NCBI GenBank assembly: GCA_910579485.1
Contig: CAJTVO010000002.1
Location: 7,804-71,803, forward strand
From: an uncultured Oscillospiraceae bacterium
GTDB taxonomy: Bacteria > Bacillota > Clostridia > Oscillospirales > Oscillospiraceae
DNA length: 64,000 bases
Direction: 5' to 3'
A program made the position numbers and the translations under genes. Shown in pieces: positions 45,354-54,647 of this stretch. Each line of letters begins with the position of its first letter. Position 1 is the stretch's first letter. A model generated the notes under the pieces. It had not been told where the DNA came from. It was given only the letters and a program-made list of their open reading frames with translations, and ran no database searches.

Positions 45354-46054
45354 CAGCGCCTCCTGTCGCTGCCGCGTCCCGCGAAGATCAGGAGATACCG
45401 CAGCAGCTGAAGCAGGCTCATGAGCAGGGCCGCCACATAGGTCAGGGCGGCGGCGGTGAGAACTTTTCTGGCCCCCTTCCGCTCGTCCTCGTCCAGAAGG
45501 GCCGTGCCGTCGATGGTCCCCAGGGCCCGTGCGGAGGCGTCAAACTCCACCGGCAGGGTCACCAGCTGGAACAGGGTGGTCAGACTGAACAGCACGATCC
45601 CCACCAGGAACAGAGGCTGGGAATACAGGAAAAGCCCCAGCATCAGGGCGATAAACGCAAATTGGGACCCGAATTGGGTCACGGGAATGATGGCGGAGCG
45701 CACCCGCACCGGGCCGTAGCCCATGGCGTACTGCACGGCATGGCCCGCCTCATGGGCGGCAACCCCCACCGCCGCCACCGTGGCGGCGTTATATACCGGC
45801 TGAGAGAGATAGATGGTATTGTCCCGGGGGTCGTAGTGATCCGTCAGCTTCCCGGAGCAGGGGCGAATGGCCACATCGTGGACCCCGTGTGCCCGCAGTA
45901 CCGCGTAGGCCGCCTGAGCGCCTGTGACGCCCCGGCGATTGCGCACCCCGCTGTATTTGTTGAAGCTGGAGCTGACCTTTATCTGGGCATACACGGAGAG
46001 GATCAGCACCGGTATCAGCAATATCCAGTAAATATAATCTTTGTAAAAGGGCAT
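45353..46054 (-). CDS. zinc metallopeptidase (YugP/Zn_peptidase_2 family)
   Basis: HEXXH in VAAHEAGHAVQ, flanking TM segments. ATG at 46054 is 6 nt after GGAGG (the track uses an upstream GTG at 46060). Confidence 0.8.
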   Translation of the reverse strand: MPFYKDYIYWILLIPVLILSVYAQIKVSSSFNKYSGVRNRRGVTGAQAAYAVLRAHGVHDVAIRPCSGKLTDHYDPRDNTIYLSQPVYNAATVAAVGVAAHEAGHAVQYAMGYGPVRVRSAIIPVTQFGSQFAFIALMLGLFLYSQPLFLVGIVLFSLTTLFQLVTLPVEFDASARALGTIDGTALLDEDERKGARKVLTAAALTYVAALLMSLLQLLRYLLIFAGRGSDRRR

Positions 46055-46068
46055 ATGCACCCTCCTTT

Positions 46069-46986
46069 TTACACGTTGACCGGGTGTCCCCGCAGATAGT
46101 CCGCAGCGGCCATGCGCCGCCCGCCATCGGCCTGGAGCTCGGTGATCACCAGCGCCCTGCCGTCCCCGCAGGCCACGGCAACGCCGTCCCTATCTGCGGT
46201 GAGGATGGTCCCCGGCGCTTTACCGGCGGCGTCTCCTACATGGGCGCGAAATACCTTCCACCGCACTCCGGCCACGTCCGTAGAGGCGCAGGGCCAGGGG
46301 ATCAGTCCCCGCACCTGGTTTACCAGGACCTGGGCGGGCTTCGTCCAGTCCAGAGGGGACATTTCCCGGGAAAGCATGGAGGCATATTGGTACTGGGGGC
46401 CGTAGACCTGAGGGATCCGGGGAGCCTCCCCCCGCTCCAGCAGGGCCAGGGCCTCGCTGGCGGCCTCGCCGCCCAACTCCGCCAGACGGGCGTAAAGCTG
46501 AGAGGCGTCCTCCTGGGGACCGATGGCCGTCTTTCTGGTCAGGAGGATATCTCCGGCGTCCAGCTCCGCCGCCATGTACTGGATGGTGACGCCGGTCTCA
46601 TCGTCCCCGTTGAGCACCGCCCAGTTGATGGGCGCGGCCCCACGGTACTGAGGCAGGAGCGAGGAGTGGACGTTGATGATCGCCTGCTTCGGGATGTCCA
46701 GCAGGGCCTGTGGCAGCAGCTTCCCGTAGGCCGCCACCACGATCACATCGGGCTCCAGAGCCCGCAGCTCCTCCAGGACCGCCTCGTCCCGACAGGATTC
46801 CGGCTGGTAAACGGGGATACTGCATGTAACGGCATATTCCTTTATAGGCGTTGGGACCAGCTTCATTCCACGGTTCTTGGGCTTGTCCGGTTGGGTATAG
46901 ACCGCCGCGACCTGCCATTTGTCCTCCACCAGGCGGCGCAGGACAGAAACGGCGAAATCCGGGGTCCCCATAAATACGACGCGCAT
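46069..46986 (-). CDS. fmt: methionyl-tRNA formyltransferase
   Basis: MRVVFMGTPDFAV, HSSLLPQYRGAAPINWAV. 305 aa. The track ORF is over-extended. Confidence 0.95.
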   Translation of the reverse strand: MRVVFMGTPDFAVSVLRRLVEDKWQVAAVYTQPDKPKNRGMKLVPTPIKEYAVTCSIPVYQPESCRDEAVLEELRALEPDVIVVAAYGKLLPQALLDIPKQAIINVHSSLLPQYRGAAPINWAVLNGDDETGVTIQYMAAELDAGDILLTRKTAIGPQEDASQLYARLAELGGEAASEALALLERGEAPRIPQVYGPQYQYASMLSREMSPLDWTKPAQVLVNQVRGLIPWPCASTDVAGVRWKVFRAHVGDAAGKAPGTILTADRDGVAVACGDGRALVITELQADGGRRMAAADYLRGHPVNV

Positions 46987-46988
46987 AC

Positions 46989-47495
46989 TCACTGCTCCCC
47001 TCTCCGGGCTTCCTCCTCCTCGTAGAAGGCCTCGACCTCCTCCTCGGTGAGGAAGTGGTCGATATGCTCCACATAGAGGTGCCCGTTCAGATGCTCGATC
47101 TCGTGGCAGAAGCACCGGGCCATCAGGCCCTCACCCTCCGCCTCGAACCAGTTGCCATACCGGTCCTGGGCCTTGATGCGCACGCGGTTGGGCCGGGTCA
47201 CCATGCCCCACTTGCCGGGGACGCTGAGGCATCCCTCGGGGCCTCTCTGCTCCCCGGACTCCTCCAGGATCTCCGGGTTCACCAGCTCCATCATTTTGTC
47301 GTCGTCGTCCAGGATCACCACCGCCCGGCGGAGGATGCCCACCTGCGGGGCGGCCAGCCCCGCCCCCTGGGCCTCCGACAGGGTCTCCTGCATGTCATCC
47401 AGCAGGATGTGCAGGCGCTTATTGAAATCCGTTACCGTGCGGCACTGCTTTGCCAGGCGGTCGTCACCTTGGGTGACGATTCTTCTGATTGCCAT
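46989..47495 (-). CDS. def: peptide deformylase
   Basis: GAGLAAPQVG, EGCLS and HEIEHLNG motifs. GGAGG RBS. Confidence 0.95.
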   Translation of the reverse strand: MAIRRIVTQGDDRLAKQCRTVTDFNKRLHILLDDMQETLSEAQGAGLAAPQVGILRRAVVILDDDDKMMELVNPEILEESGEQRGPEGCLSVPGKWGMVTRPNRVRIKAQDRYGNWFEAEGEGLMARCFCHEIEHLNGHLYVEHIDHFLTEEEVEAFYEEEEARRGEQ

Positions 47496-47595
47496 TGTTA
47501 TTTTATCCTCCTACTGGCGGTAATAAACGAAAATTATGCACGCTTCCCTCACGCAGGGGAATAGCCGTTTCTCGGGCTTCCTGATAAGCTGAAAA

Positions 47596-47976
47596 CTATC
47601 GTTCACAAAACAGCTCGATCTCTTCTCCCAAAGGGCCGGTGCAGAACGCCATCCGGATGGGATATGGCGGTGCAGAGCCGATCACCACATCCGTTGGTTC
47701 CACAAAGACTTCATACCCGGCCATTTTGATCTGATCGGAGAGCTCGTCCACATGATCTGTAAGCAATGCTACATGGCGGATGGCGCCTTTTGCGCGCTCA
47801 CCTTCACCGTTACAGAATATTTCTATGAATCCATTACCGGTATCGATCATGATGCCATCCGGCCATTCCCGGCATATGGACAAGCCCAAAGTGCCGGTAT
47901 AAAAATCCTTGGCGCGGTCAAAATCTTCTTTCGCCGCACATTTCATGGAAATGTGATGGATACCCTTTATCAACAT
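47596..47976 (-). CDS. VOC-family (glyoxalase/bleomycin-resistance fold) protein
   Basis: IHHISMKC...FYTGTLGL...HVALLTD...EPTD. The ATG at 47976 is 5 nt after GGAGG (the track uses TTG at 47988). Visibly lower GC than neighbours. Confidence 0.75.
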   Translation of the reverse strand: MLIKGIHHISMKCAAKEDFDRAKDFYTGTLGLSICREWPDGIMIDTGNGFIEIFCNGEGERAKGAIRHVALLTDHVDELSDQIKMAGYEVFVEPTDVVIGSAPPYPIRMAFCTGPLGEEIELFCER

Positions 47977-48068
47977 CCATTCCTCCAAATCCCCCGGCCT
48001 GCCAGCCGCCTCCAGTCGAAACGCAAGCTATCCGGGCAGTTGACGCCTGCCCCTTCCCAGGTAACAGC

Positions 48069-50522
48069 TCAATCCTCCGCGTTGCAGTCCACGAACAGGT
48101 TCATCCCCCGGTTCTCCTTCTGCTGATGGAAGGCGCGCAGATAATACGAGAGCAGCTCCCGGGTGGTGTGGTCGTTCTTCCCCACCCAGAAGACCCGGTA
48201 GCGGTAGCGGTTGTTCACCTTCACCACCGGAGCGGGGGCGGGACCCAATATCTCCACCGCCATATTGGCCGCCGTGGGATAGCGGACCCCGGCGCGCATG
48301 GACTCCCGCAGCTGGGCGGCGGCCCGGAGCACCCCGCCCTCCTCCGGCCCGGAGACCGTCAGCGTGAAAATGTCCGCGAAGGGCGGATACCGCCGGGCCC
48401 GGCGGATGCGGATCTCCCCGGCGTAAAAGCTGTTGTAGTCCTGGGCGGCGGCGCTGGTGATGACCTCGTTGTCCGGAGTGAAGGTCTGGATCACCGCCCG
48501 GCCGTCCTTGCTCCCCCGGCCCGCCCGGCCCACCACCTGGGTCAGCAGGCTGAAGGTCCGCTCGGCGGCGTGGTAGTTGTCCACGTACAGGCTCAGGTCC
48601 GCCGACACCACGCCCACCAGGGTCACGTCTTCAAAATCCAATCCCTTGGCCACCATCTGGGTGCCAAGAAGGATGGGTATCTTTTCCTTCTCAAATTTGT
48701 CCAGCAGCGCCTCGTGGTTGCCGGACACCGTGTCCGCGTCCATCCGCAGGACGTTCGTGCCGGGGAACAGGGCGTTCAGCTCCTCCTCCACCTTCTGGGT
48801 GCCCGCGCCGATCTGCTTGATGATGCCGCCGCACTCCGGGCAGCGGTCCGGGGCGCGTTCCGAGTGGCCGCAGTAGTGGCACATCAGCCGCCCGTTGGCG
48901 CTGTGATAAGTCAGGGGCACGCTGCACCGGGGGCACTGGGGCGCTTCGCCGCACTCGCCGCACAGCAGCATCCGGCTGGCGCCGCGACGGTTGAGGAACA
49001 AGATGCTCTGCTCCCCCCGCCGCAGGTTCTCCTCCAGCTCCCGGCGCAGGGGCCCGCCGATCATGCCGCTGTTTCCGGCGCGGACCTCCTCCCGCATGTC
49101 GGCGATGACCACCCTGGGCAGGGGCTGCCGGTTGAACCGGGAGCGGAGGATCATTTTTTGGTACACCCCCCGCTGGGCCTGATAGGTGGTCTCCACCGAC
49201 GGCGTGGCGGAGCCCAGCACCAGCACCGCGTTCTGCTGGGTACACAGGAACTTGGCCACGTCCCGGGCGTGATACCGGGGCGGGTTCTCGGACTGGTAGC
49301 TGCTCTCGTGCTCCTCGTCCAGAATGATCATCCCCAAATTTTCCAAAGGGGCGAAGACCGCGCTCCGGGTCCCCAGAACGACGTCCACCTCTCCCCGGCG
49401 GATGCGCTTCCACTGGTCGTAGCGCTCCGTCATCCGCAGGCCGCTGTGGAGCATCACCACCCGACCCCCGAAGTAGGCGGTAAATTTTGCCATCATCTGG
49501 GGGGTCAGAGCGATCTCCGGCACCAGGATCATGCCCCGCCTGCCCCGGCGGACCACCTCCTGGAGGAGCCGGATGTATACCAGCGTCTTGCCGCTGCCGG
49601 TGACGCCGTAGAGCAGGGCGCAGGAGGCGCTCTCCCCGTCCAGCCGCTGCATGACGCCGTCATAGGCCGCCTGCTGCTCCTCGCTGAGGACGATGGGCGC
49701 GCCGTCCGCCGCCTCCGGCTTGGGCACCCGCAGGACCTCCGCCGGGGCGAGGGTGATGAGGCCGCTCTTTTCCAGGCTTTTCAGGGTCCGGGCGGTAGCG
49801 CCGGTGAAATAGCAGACATCCGTGGACAGCGCGCTCCCCATGGTACACAGCAGTTTTATCACCTCATACCGCATGGGGGCGCTGCGCTTTTTCAGCTCCA
49901 CGGCGGCCATGGCCTCCTCGGCGCCGACTGCCAGAGACACCTGGCTGGCCCGCTTGTCGGAGACCTTCCGGTCGGCGGAGGACTCAATGGTCAAGAGCCC
50001 CCGCCGCTGCAGCTCCCTGGCCACGCCGGCGGCGCCGCTGCCGCAGGCCAGTCGCAGGGTCTCCAGCTCCGTGCTGCCGCCATGGGCGCACAGGGCCTCC
50101 AGAACCCGGCTCTCCCGGTCGTTGGCCCCGGAGACCAGGGCCGTCTCCCGATCCACGGACAGGGTGCATATCTCCCGCAGCCGGTACCAGAGCCCGGCGG
50201 GCAACAGCACCTTCACCGCCGTATACAGGGTGCAGAAATACCGTTCCCGGAGCCAGAGGGCCAGCTTGATCTGCTGGGGGCCGAGGACGCTCTCATCGTC
50301 CAGGACCTCGGTGACGGCCTTCAGTCCCTCCCGCTTGCCGTCCTGCCCCACGGTGAGAATAAAGCCCTCGCTGGTCCGGTTCCCTTTGCCGAAGGGAACG
50401 GCGACCCGCACCCCGGGCCGTACCTTTCCGGCCAGCTTCTCCGGGATCAGGTAGTCATATGGCTTGTCGATGGCATAGGTTGCGGCGCTGACGGCTACCC
50501 GCGCTACGCTGGCCAGCTCCAC
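48069..50522 (-). CDS. priA: primosomal replication-restart helicase PriA
   Basis: Walker A GVTGSGKT, DEEH, Cys-rich Zn region CGECGEAPQCPRCSVPLTYH...CHYCG...CPECGG. The start is uncertain: GTG at 50522 (GGGGAGAG RBS) is preferred over the track start 50549, which lies in the rpoZ terminator T-run. Confidence 0.9.
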   Translation of the reverse strand: MELASVARVAVSAATYAIDKPYDYLIPEKLAGKVRPGVRVAVPFGKGNRTSEGFILTVGQDGKREGLKAVTEVLDDESVLGPQQIKLALWLRERYFCTLYTAVKVLLPAGLWYRLREICTLSVDRETALVSGANDRESRVLEALCAHGGSTELETLRLACGSGAAGVARELQRRGLLTIESSADRKVSDKRASQVSLAVGAEEAMAAVELKKRSAPMRYEVIKLLCTMGSALSTDVCYFTGATARTLKSLEKSGLITLAPAEVLRVPKPEAADGAPIVLSEEQQAAYDGVMQRLDGESASCALLYGVTGSGKTLVYIRLLQEVVRRGRRGMILVPEIALTPQMMAKFTAYFGGRVVMLHSGLRMTERYDQWKRIRRGEVDVVLGTRSAVFAPLENLGMIILDEEHESSYQSENPPRYHARDVAKFLCTQQNAVLVLGSATPSVETTYQAQRGVYQKMILRSRFNRQPLPRVVIADMREEVRAGNSGMIGGPLRRELEENLRRGEQSILFLNRRGASRMLLCGECGEAPQCPRCSVPLTYHSANGRLMCHYCGHSERAPDRCPECGGIIKQIGAGTQKVEEELNALFPGTNVLRMDADTVSGNHEALLDKFEKEKIPILLGTQMVAKGLDFEDVTLVGVVSADLSLYVDNYHAAERTFSLLTQVVGRAGRGSKDGRAVIQTFTPDNEVITSAAAQDYNSFYAGEIRIRRARRYPPFADIFTLTVSGPEEGGVLRAAAQLRESMRAGVRYPTAANMAVEILGPAPAPVVKVNNRYRYRVFWVGKNDHTTRELLSYYLRAFHQQKENRGMNLFVDCNAED

Positions 50523-50550
50523 GAGCTCTCCCCCCTGTCCTTCCTGCACA

Positions 50551-50576
50551 CAAAAAGCGGCCGCGCCGCTCTTTTG
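50551..50576 (-). terminator. Rho-independent terminator after rpoZ
   Basis: Minus strand reads AAAAGAGCGGC-gcg-GCCGCTTTTT. Confidence 0.55.
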
Positions 50577-50581
50577 TGGGG

Positions 50582-50800
50582 TTATTCTACATCCTTGATG
50601 TCGATATCTGACGCGGCGACGGACATCTTCCCGTCGGCCACCTCGTGGATCGCCAGGGTCACGGGCTTCACGTCCATCTTCTCGCCCATGTCCTCCGCCT
50701 CCTGGGCGATCTGGCGGGCCCGGCGAGCCACCACGTTCACCAGCAGGTAACGGTTGGGCACATTGGCGGTCAGCTTGTTCATAGCGGGATAGAGCATCAT
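50582..50800 (-). CDS. rpoZ: DNA-directed RNA polymerase subunit omega
   Basis: NRYLLVNVVARRARQI is the omega signature. 72 aa. Located between gmk and priA, as in Bacillus. Confidence 0.9.
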   Translation of the reverse strand: MMLYPAMNKLTANVPNRYLLVNVVARRARQIAQEAEDMGEKMDVKPVTLAIHEVADGKMSVAASDIDIKDVE

Positions 50801-50835
50801 AATAACATCATTCCTTCTTGATAGATTTGAAATAT

Positions 50836-51186
50836 TTATGGTTTGGGAAAGCTTCTCAGATAAACGACATTGCCGTCCGGGTCGGCGAAGCTCATGTTGA
50901 CCGCGCCCCAGGGACGGACGGCGGGCGGTTCGATGACCGCCGCGCCTAAGGATACTGCTCTTTGGTATTCTTTGTCAATATCATCGACGGTAAACGCGAT
51001 GCACATATTCTGACCGGTACGGTTTCCCTGCTGGCCGTCATTATAGATCGTCAGCATGGTCTCCTCCGCGAGGATCGTCTGATGCACCTCATCATTGCTG
51101 CCGTTGTCGATGTCCAGCAAACTCTTGTAAAAGTCCGCGAGACGCACCACATGATTGGTCAAAATACAGACTTCGCCAAGTATCAT
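50836..51186 (-). CDS. VOC-family (glyoxalase/bleomycin-resistance fold) protein
   Basis: 116 aa. LADFYKSLL...IAFTVDDID...AVIEPPAVRPWG...FADPDGNVVYL. Lower GC than neighbours. Confidence 0.75.
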   Translation of the reverse strand: MILGEVCILTNHVVRLADFYKSLLDIDNGSNDEVHQTILAEETMLTIYNDGQQGNRTGQNMCIAFTVDDIDKEYQRAVSLGAAVIEPPAVRPWGAVNMSFADPDGNVVYLRSFPKP

Positions 51187-51321
51187 CGCCTCTCACCTCG
51201 CATTGTTCTGAAAGCGCGGATAAAGGCATCTCTTCTTGTATCGGTCCCATCCCTTATCCAGATAACCAAATCTCTGCAATTTTTTTCGCATAACGGTGGT
51301 TTTCTCCCACCGCCGGCCTCC

Positions 51322-51915
51322 TCACTGGTCGATCAGCGCGATCCGTTCGTCCGGGCGGCAGTGTTCGGCGCTCATAATAGCCCGTATCTCGTCCACAGCG
51401 TGATCCACGGTATCGTTGATGACAAAGTAGTCAAAATCCTTAGCGGCTGCAAATTCCTCCCTGCCTCGGGCCAGACGGGATCTCACCTTCTCCATATCCT
51501 CGGTGCCCCGGCCGATGAGCCGCCGCTCCAGCTCCGCCCAGCTGGGGGGAGCCACGTAGATGCGCACCGTCTCGGGCCGCTTCCGCTTCACCTGCTCCGC
51601 GCCCTGGATCTCGATGTCCAGCAGCACATCCCGGCCCTGCTCCATGGCCTTGTCCACGTATATCCTGGGCGTTCCATAACGGTTGCCAACGAACTGTGCG
51701 TGTTCCAGGAACTGATCCTCCTCGATCCACTTCTCAAACTGCTCCATGGACAGAAAGTGGTAGTGTACCCCGTCCACCTCCCCGCGCCGGGGGGCGCGGG
51801 TGGTGGCGGACACGGAAAAGTACAGCGACGGATCGCTGGCCAGCAGCCGTGCTACCACGGTGCCCTTCCCCACGCCGGAAGGGCCGCAGATGATAAACGT
51901 CTTTCCTCTTCTCAT
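51322..51915 (-). CDS. gmk: guanylate kinase
   Basis: P-loop GPSGVGKGT. SATTRAPRRGEVDGVHYHF. EIQGA. Confidence 0.95.
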   Translation of the reverse strand: MRRGKTFIICGPSGVGKGTVVARLLASDPSLYFSVSATTRAPRRGEVDGVHYHFLSMEQFEKWIEEDQFLEHAQFVGNRYGTPRIYVDKAMEQGRDVLLDIEIQGAEQVKRKRPETVRIYVAPPSWAELERRLIGRGTEDMEKVRSRLARGREEFAAAKDFDYFVINDTVDHAVDEIRAIMSAEHCRPDERIALIDQ

Positions 51916-52184
51916 TCTACATCCTCCAACACTGTCGGGTCCACCCCGAACCGGGGGGCCAGCTTCTCCAGCGGCAGGCCGGACAGGATCACATGGTCGC
52001 TGTCCATCACCAGCACCGCCGCCGTCTTGCGTCCAAAGGTGGCGTCGATGAGCATACTCCGTTCCCGGGACTCCGCGATCAGCCGCTTCACCGGTGCGGA
52101 GTCCGGCCCTACTACGGCGATGAGGCGTCCGGCGGACACCATAGCCCCGTAGCCGATGCTCACCAGCTCGTTTTCCTTACTCAA
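51912..52184 (-). CDS. remA: RemA/DUF370-family regulator
   Basis: VSIGYGAMVSAGRLIAVVGPDSAPVKRLI...LIDATFGRKTAAVLVMDSDHVILS. 90 aa. Overlaps gmk (ATGA). Confidence 0.88.
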   Translation of the reverse strand: MSKENELVSIGYGAMVSAGRLIAVVGPDSAPVKRLIAESRERSMLIDATFGRKTAAVLVMDSDHVILSGLPLEKLAPRFGVDPTVLEDVE

Positions 52185-53064
52185 TGTTCTGCACCTGCTC
52201 CCGGATCTTCTCGATCTCCGCTTTCAGGTCCACCACGTCCCGGGCGATCTGCACGTCGCTGCACTTGGAGCCGATGGTGTTGGACTCCCGGTTGACCTCC
52301 TGGATGAGGAAGTCCAGCTTCCTCCCCACAGGCTCACCTCCCGCCAGCATCTCCCGGAGCTGGCTCAGGTGGCTGCGCAGGCGCACCGTCTCCTCGTCCA
52401 CCGCCACCTTGTCGGCAAAGATGGCCGCCTCGGTCAATATCCGGCTCTCGTCGATCGTGGCACTCTGGAGGACCTCCTGCATCCGGGAGAGCAGCTTCTC
52501 CCGGTACTCCGCCACCGTCTGGGGGGAGCGCTCCTCCACCCGGCCGGTAATGGCCTCGATGGTGTCCAGGCGGCCCAGAACATCCTCAGCCAGCTTCCGG
52601 CCCTCGGTCTCCCGCATGGCGGCGTGGGCGGCAAGGGCCTCCTCCAGCACCGCGCACAGGTCGGCGGAGAGGGAGTCCAGGTCCTCCTCCGCCTTGGTGA
52701 TGGTCAGCACATCCGGCAGGCGGGCCAGGTCGGTGGCATAGCAGCTGCTCTTCACCCAGCTGCCGCCCCCCAGGTCGTACAGCTTCTTCAGCGCCGCGAT
52801 GTAGCTCTTCGCCAAAGGCTCGTTGACGGCCACCACCGTCTCCTCCGCTCCCAGGGAGTCCACGGTGACGAACACGTCCACCTTGCCCCGGCTGACGTTC
52901 TTCTGCACCAGGGACTTCACCGCGTCCTCGGCGAAAATGTAGGCCCTGGGCATCTTCACGGAGCAGTCCAGGTAGCGGTTGTTGACGCTGCGGACTTCCA
53001 CGGTGATGTCACGCCCGTTCAGGGTCTTCCTCGCCCGGCCATAGCCGGTCATACTCTTGACCAA
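52177..53064 (-). CDS. yloC: YicC/YloC-family stress-induced endoribonuclease
   Basis: MVKSMTGYGRA (TTG start), SVNNRYLD. C-terminal DUF1732 (REVNRESNTIGSK...IVDLKAEIEKIREQVQNIE). Confidence 0.9.
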   Translation of the reverse strand: MVKSMTGYGRARKTLNGRDITVEVRSVNNRYLDCSVKMPRAYIFAEDAVKSLVQKNVSRGKVDVFVTVDSLGAEETVVAVNEPLAKSYIAALKKLYDLGGGSWVKSSCYATDLARLPDVLTITKAEEDLDSLSADLCAVLEEALAAHAAMRETEGRKLAEDVLGRLDTIEAITGRVEERSPQTVAEYREKLLSRMQEVLQSATIDESRILTEAAIFADKVAVDEETVRLRSHLSQLREMLAGGEPVGRKLDFLIQEVNRESNTIGSKCSDVQIARDVVDLKAEIEKIREQVQNIE

Positions 53065-53120
53065 ATCTCTCTCCCCCTATTAATAGATCAGTATCGTCAG
53101 ACGCGCGCCGCGTCTCAGCA

Positions 53121-53744
53121 TCAGAAGAACCGCATCCCGCCGCAGCCGCACAGGTTGCACAGCAGGTAGGTACACGCCAGCCGCCCGCACATATTGTCTC
53201 CGCCGCAGCCGGAGGAAAACACCTCGTAGCCCTCGGGACGGTAGCCCGCCTGGTTGTTCTCCACAAAGTTGAGGGCCTGCCGGAACTCCGGGTCCCCCGG
53301 GTCCATCTGGCAGGCGGTCTGATAGTACCGCCGGGCCTCGTCCACCCAGCCCCGGCGATAGCAAATGGTCCCCTTGAGAAAATTCCACTCGCCGTTGTGG
53401 TCCCCCATCCGGTCCAGGAGCTGCTCCGCCATGCCCAGGTCGTTGCGGTTGATGGCCATGCGCACCTGCTGGAAGGCGGGGTTTCCCGCCGTCCGCTGCT
53501 GGTACTGATAGCCGCCGTAACTCTGCTGGGCGTGCGCCGCTCCGCCGCTCCTGCCCCCCCGCTCCTGCTGGATGGCGTGGTAGGCGGCGTTGATCTCCTT
53601 CATCTTCTCCTGGGCCAGGTCGGCCAGGGGATTGTCGTGGTAGTTGTCCGGATGGTATTTACGGGCCAGGTCGCGGTAGGCCTTTTTGACCTCCTCGTCC
53701 GTGGCGGTGCTGGGGATGTTCAAGACTTCATAGGGGTCGGTCAT
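53121..53744 (-). CDS. J-domain protein with TPR-like middle region and Cys-rich C-terminal tail
   Basis: J domain DPYEVLNI...KKAYRDLARKYHPD. Tail SSGCGGDNMCGRLACTYLLCNLCGCGGMRFF. The ATG overlaps the upstream stop (ATGA). The track ORF is over-extended. Confidence 0.8.
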   Translation of the reverse strand: MTDPYEVLNIPSTATDEEVKKAYRDLARKYHPDNYHDNPLADLAQEKMKEINAAYHAIQQERGGRSGGAAHAQQSYGGYQYQQRTAGNPAFQQVRMAINRNDLGMAEQLLDRMGDHNGEWNFLKGTICYRRGWVDEARRYYQTACQMDPGDPEFRQALNFVENNQAGYRPEGYEVFSSGCGGDNMCGRLACTYLLCNLCGCGGMRFF

Positions 53745-54637
53745 AGCTGCTCCTTGTTTCTGGCCGCCATGCGGAACCCCGCATCGCCGGCTTGAAATGT
53801 TCCCTCTAAAACGGCTCTCCCCACAAGAAAGAGCCCTTCGTAAACCACTGCGCGGATGATGGTGCTCCACACGCCGAAGTCCCAAAGCTCATAGGCCGCC
53901 GCCATCAGGCGGATGGAATGGTCCAGGGAGACGGTGAGCCCCTCCCGTGCCTCCTCCGTCAGCTCCCCGCCGGTGAGGCCGTAGCGGAAGATCAGAGGAT
54001 TGTAACTGCCTGCGGAAAAGTCATCCGCCAGATCGTCGGCGGCGTCCACCAGGTATATCCACCGCCCCAGGTGGTACAGCAGCTGCTCCAGCACCCGCCG
54101 TTTCACCGGGTCTGGCACCTCCGCCGCCGCGGCGGCCAAAATTCCCGCAAAGGCGTCCGCCGGAAGGTCCAGGGAGTCGCACCGCGCCGCCTCCAGCTCC
54201 CCCAGCTGGGCCAGCCGCTCCCGGGTGATCCGGTCGAAGTCCGGCCTCCGCTCCGCCGCACGGCAGTAGGCGCTCTTCAGCGCCAGGGACGCGGCACGGT
54301 ACTTGCCCTTCCCCCTTCCGGGATCGGACAGGGCGTCCTGGATCTGCCACCAGGCGAGGATCACGCTCTCGTCCGCTGCCAGCTCCAGGGCCGGATTTCC
54401 CGGGTAATGGTCCCGCCCGGCAAAGGGGTGGGCGATACAGCGGCGATGGATCGATCCGGCGCCCTCTTCCGGCCATAGCAGGACCGCCAGAAAGGTAAAG
54501 TCGTAGTTGAGGATCATCCGCGCCGCCTGGCCGTACCGCTCCCCCAGGGCGCGGCACAGTCCGCAGTACACCGCGCCGAAGCGGGCCTTGTCCTCCTCCG
54601 AGAGCTTCGCCAGGGAGGGACGCACATAACCGAACAC
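53741..54637 (-). CDS. DUF5685-family protein
   Basis: MFGYVRPS...YCGLCRALGERYG...NYDFTFLAVLL resembles DUF5685 proteins of Clostridia. GTG start. 298 aa. Confidence 0.65.
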   Translation of the reverse strand: MFGYVRPSLAKLSEEDKARFGAVYCGLCRALGERYGQAARMILNYDFTFLAVLLWPEEGAGSIHRRCIAHPFAGRDHYPGNPALELAADESVILAWWQIQDALSDPGRGKGKYRAASLALKSAYCRAAERRPDFDRITRERLAQLGELEAARCDSLDLPADAFAGILAAAAAEVPDPVKRRVLEQLLYHLGRWIYLVDAADDLADDFSAGSYNPLIFRYGLTGGELTEEAREGLTVSLDHSIRLMAAAYELWDFGVWSTIIRAVVYEGLFLVGRAVLEGTFQAGDAGFRMAARNKEQL

Positions 54638-54647
54638 CCGCCCCGCC

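Noticed and set aside
48126-50750. 874-aa + strand ORF
   Set aside because: It is antisense to priA and rpoZ. Low-complexity product with no motifs.
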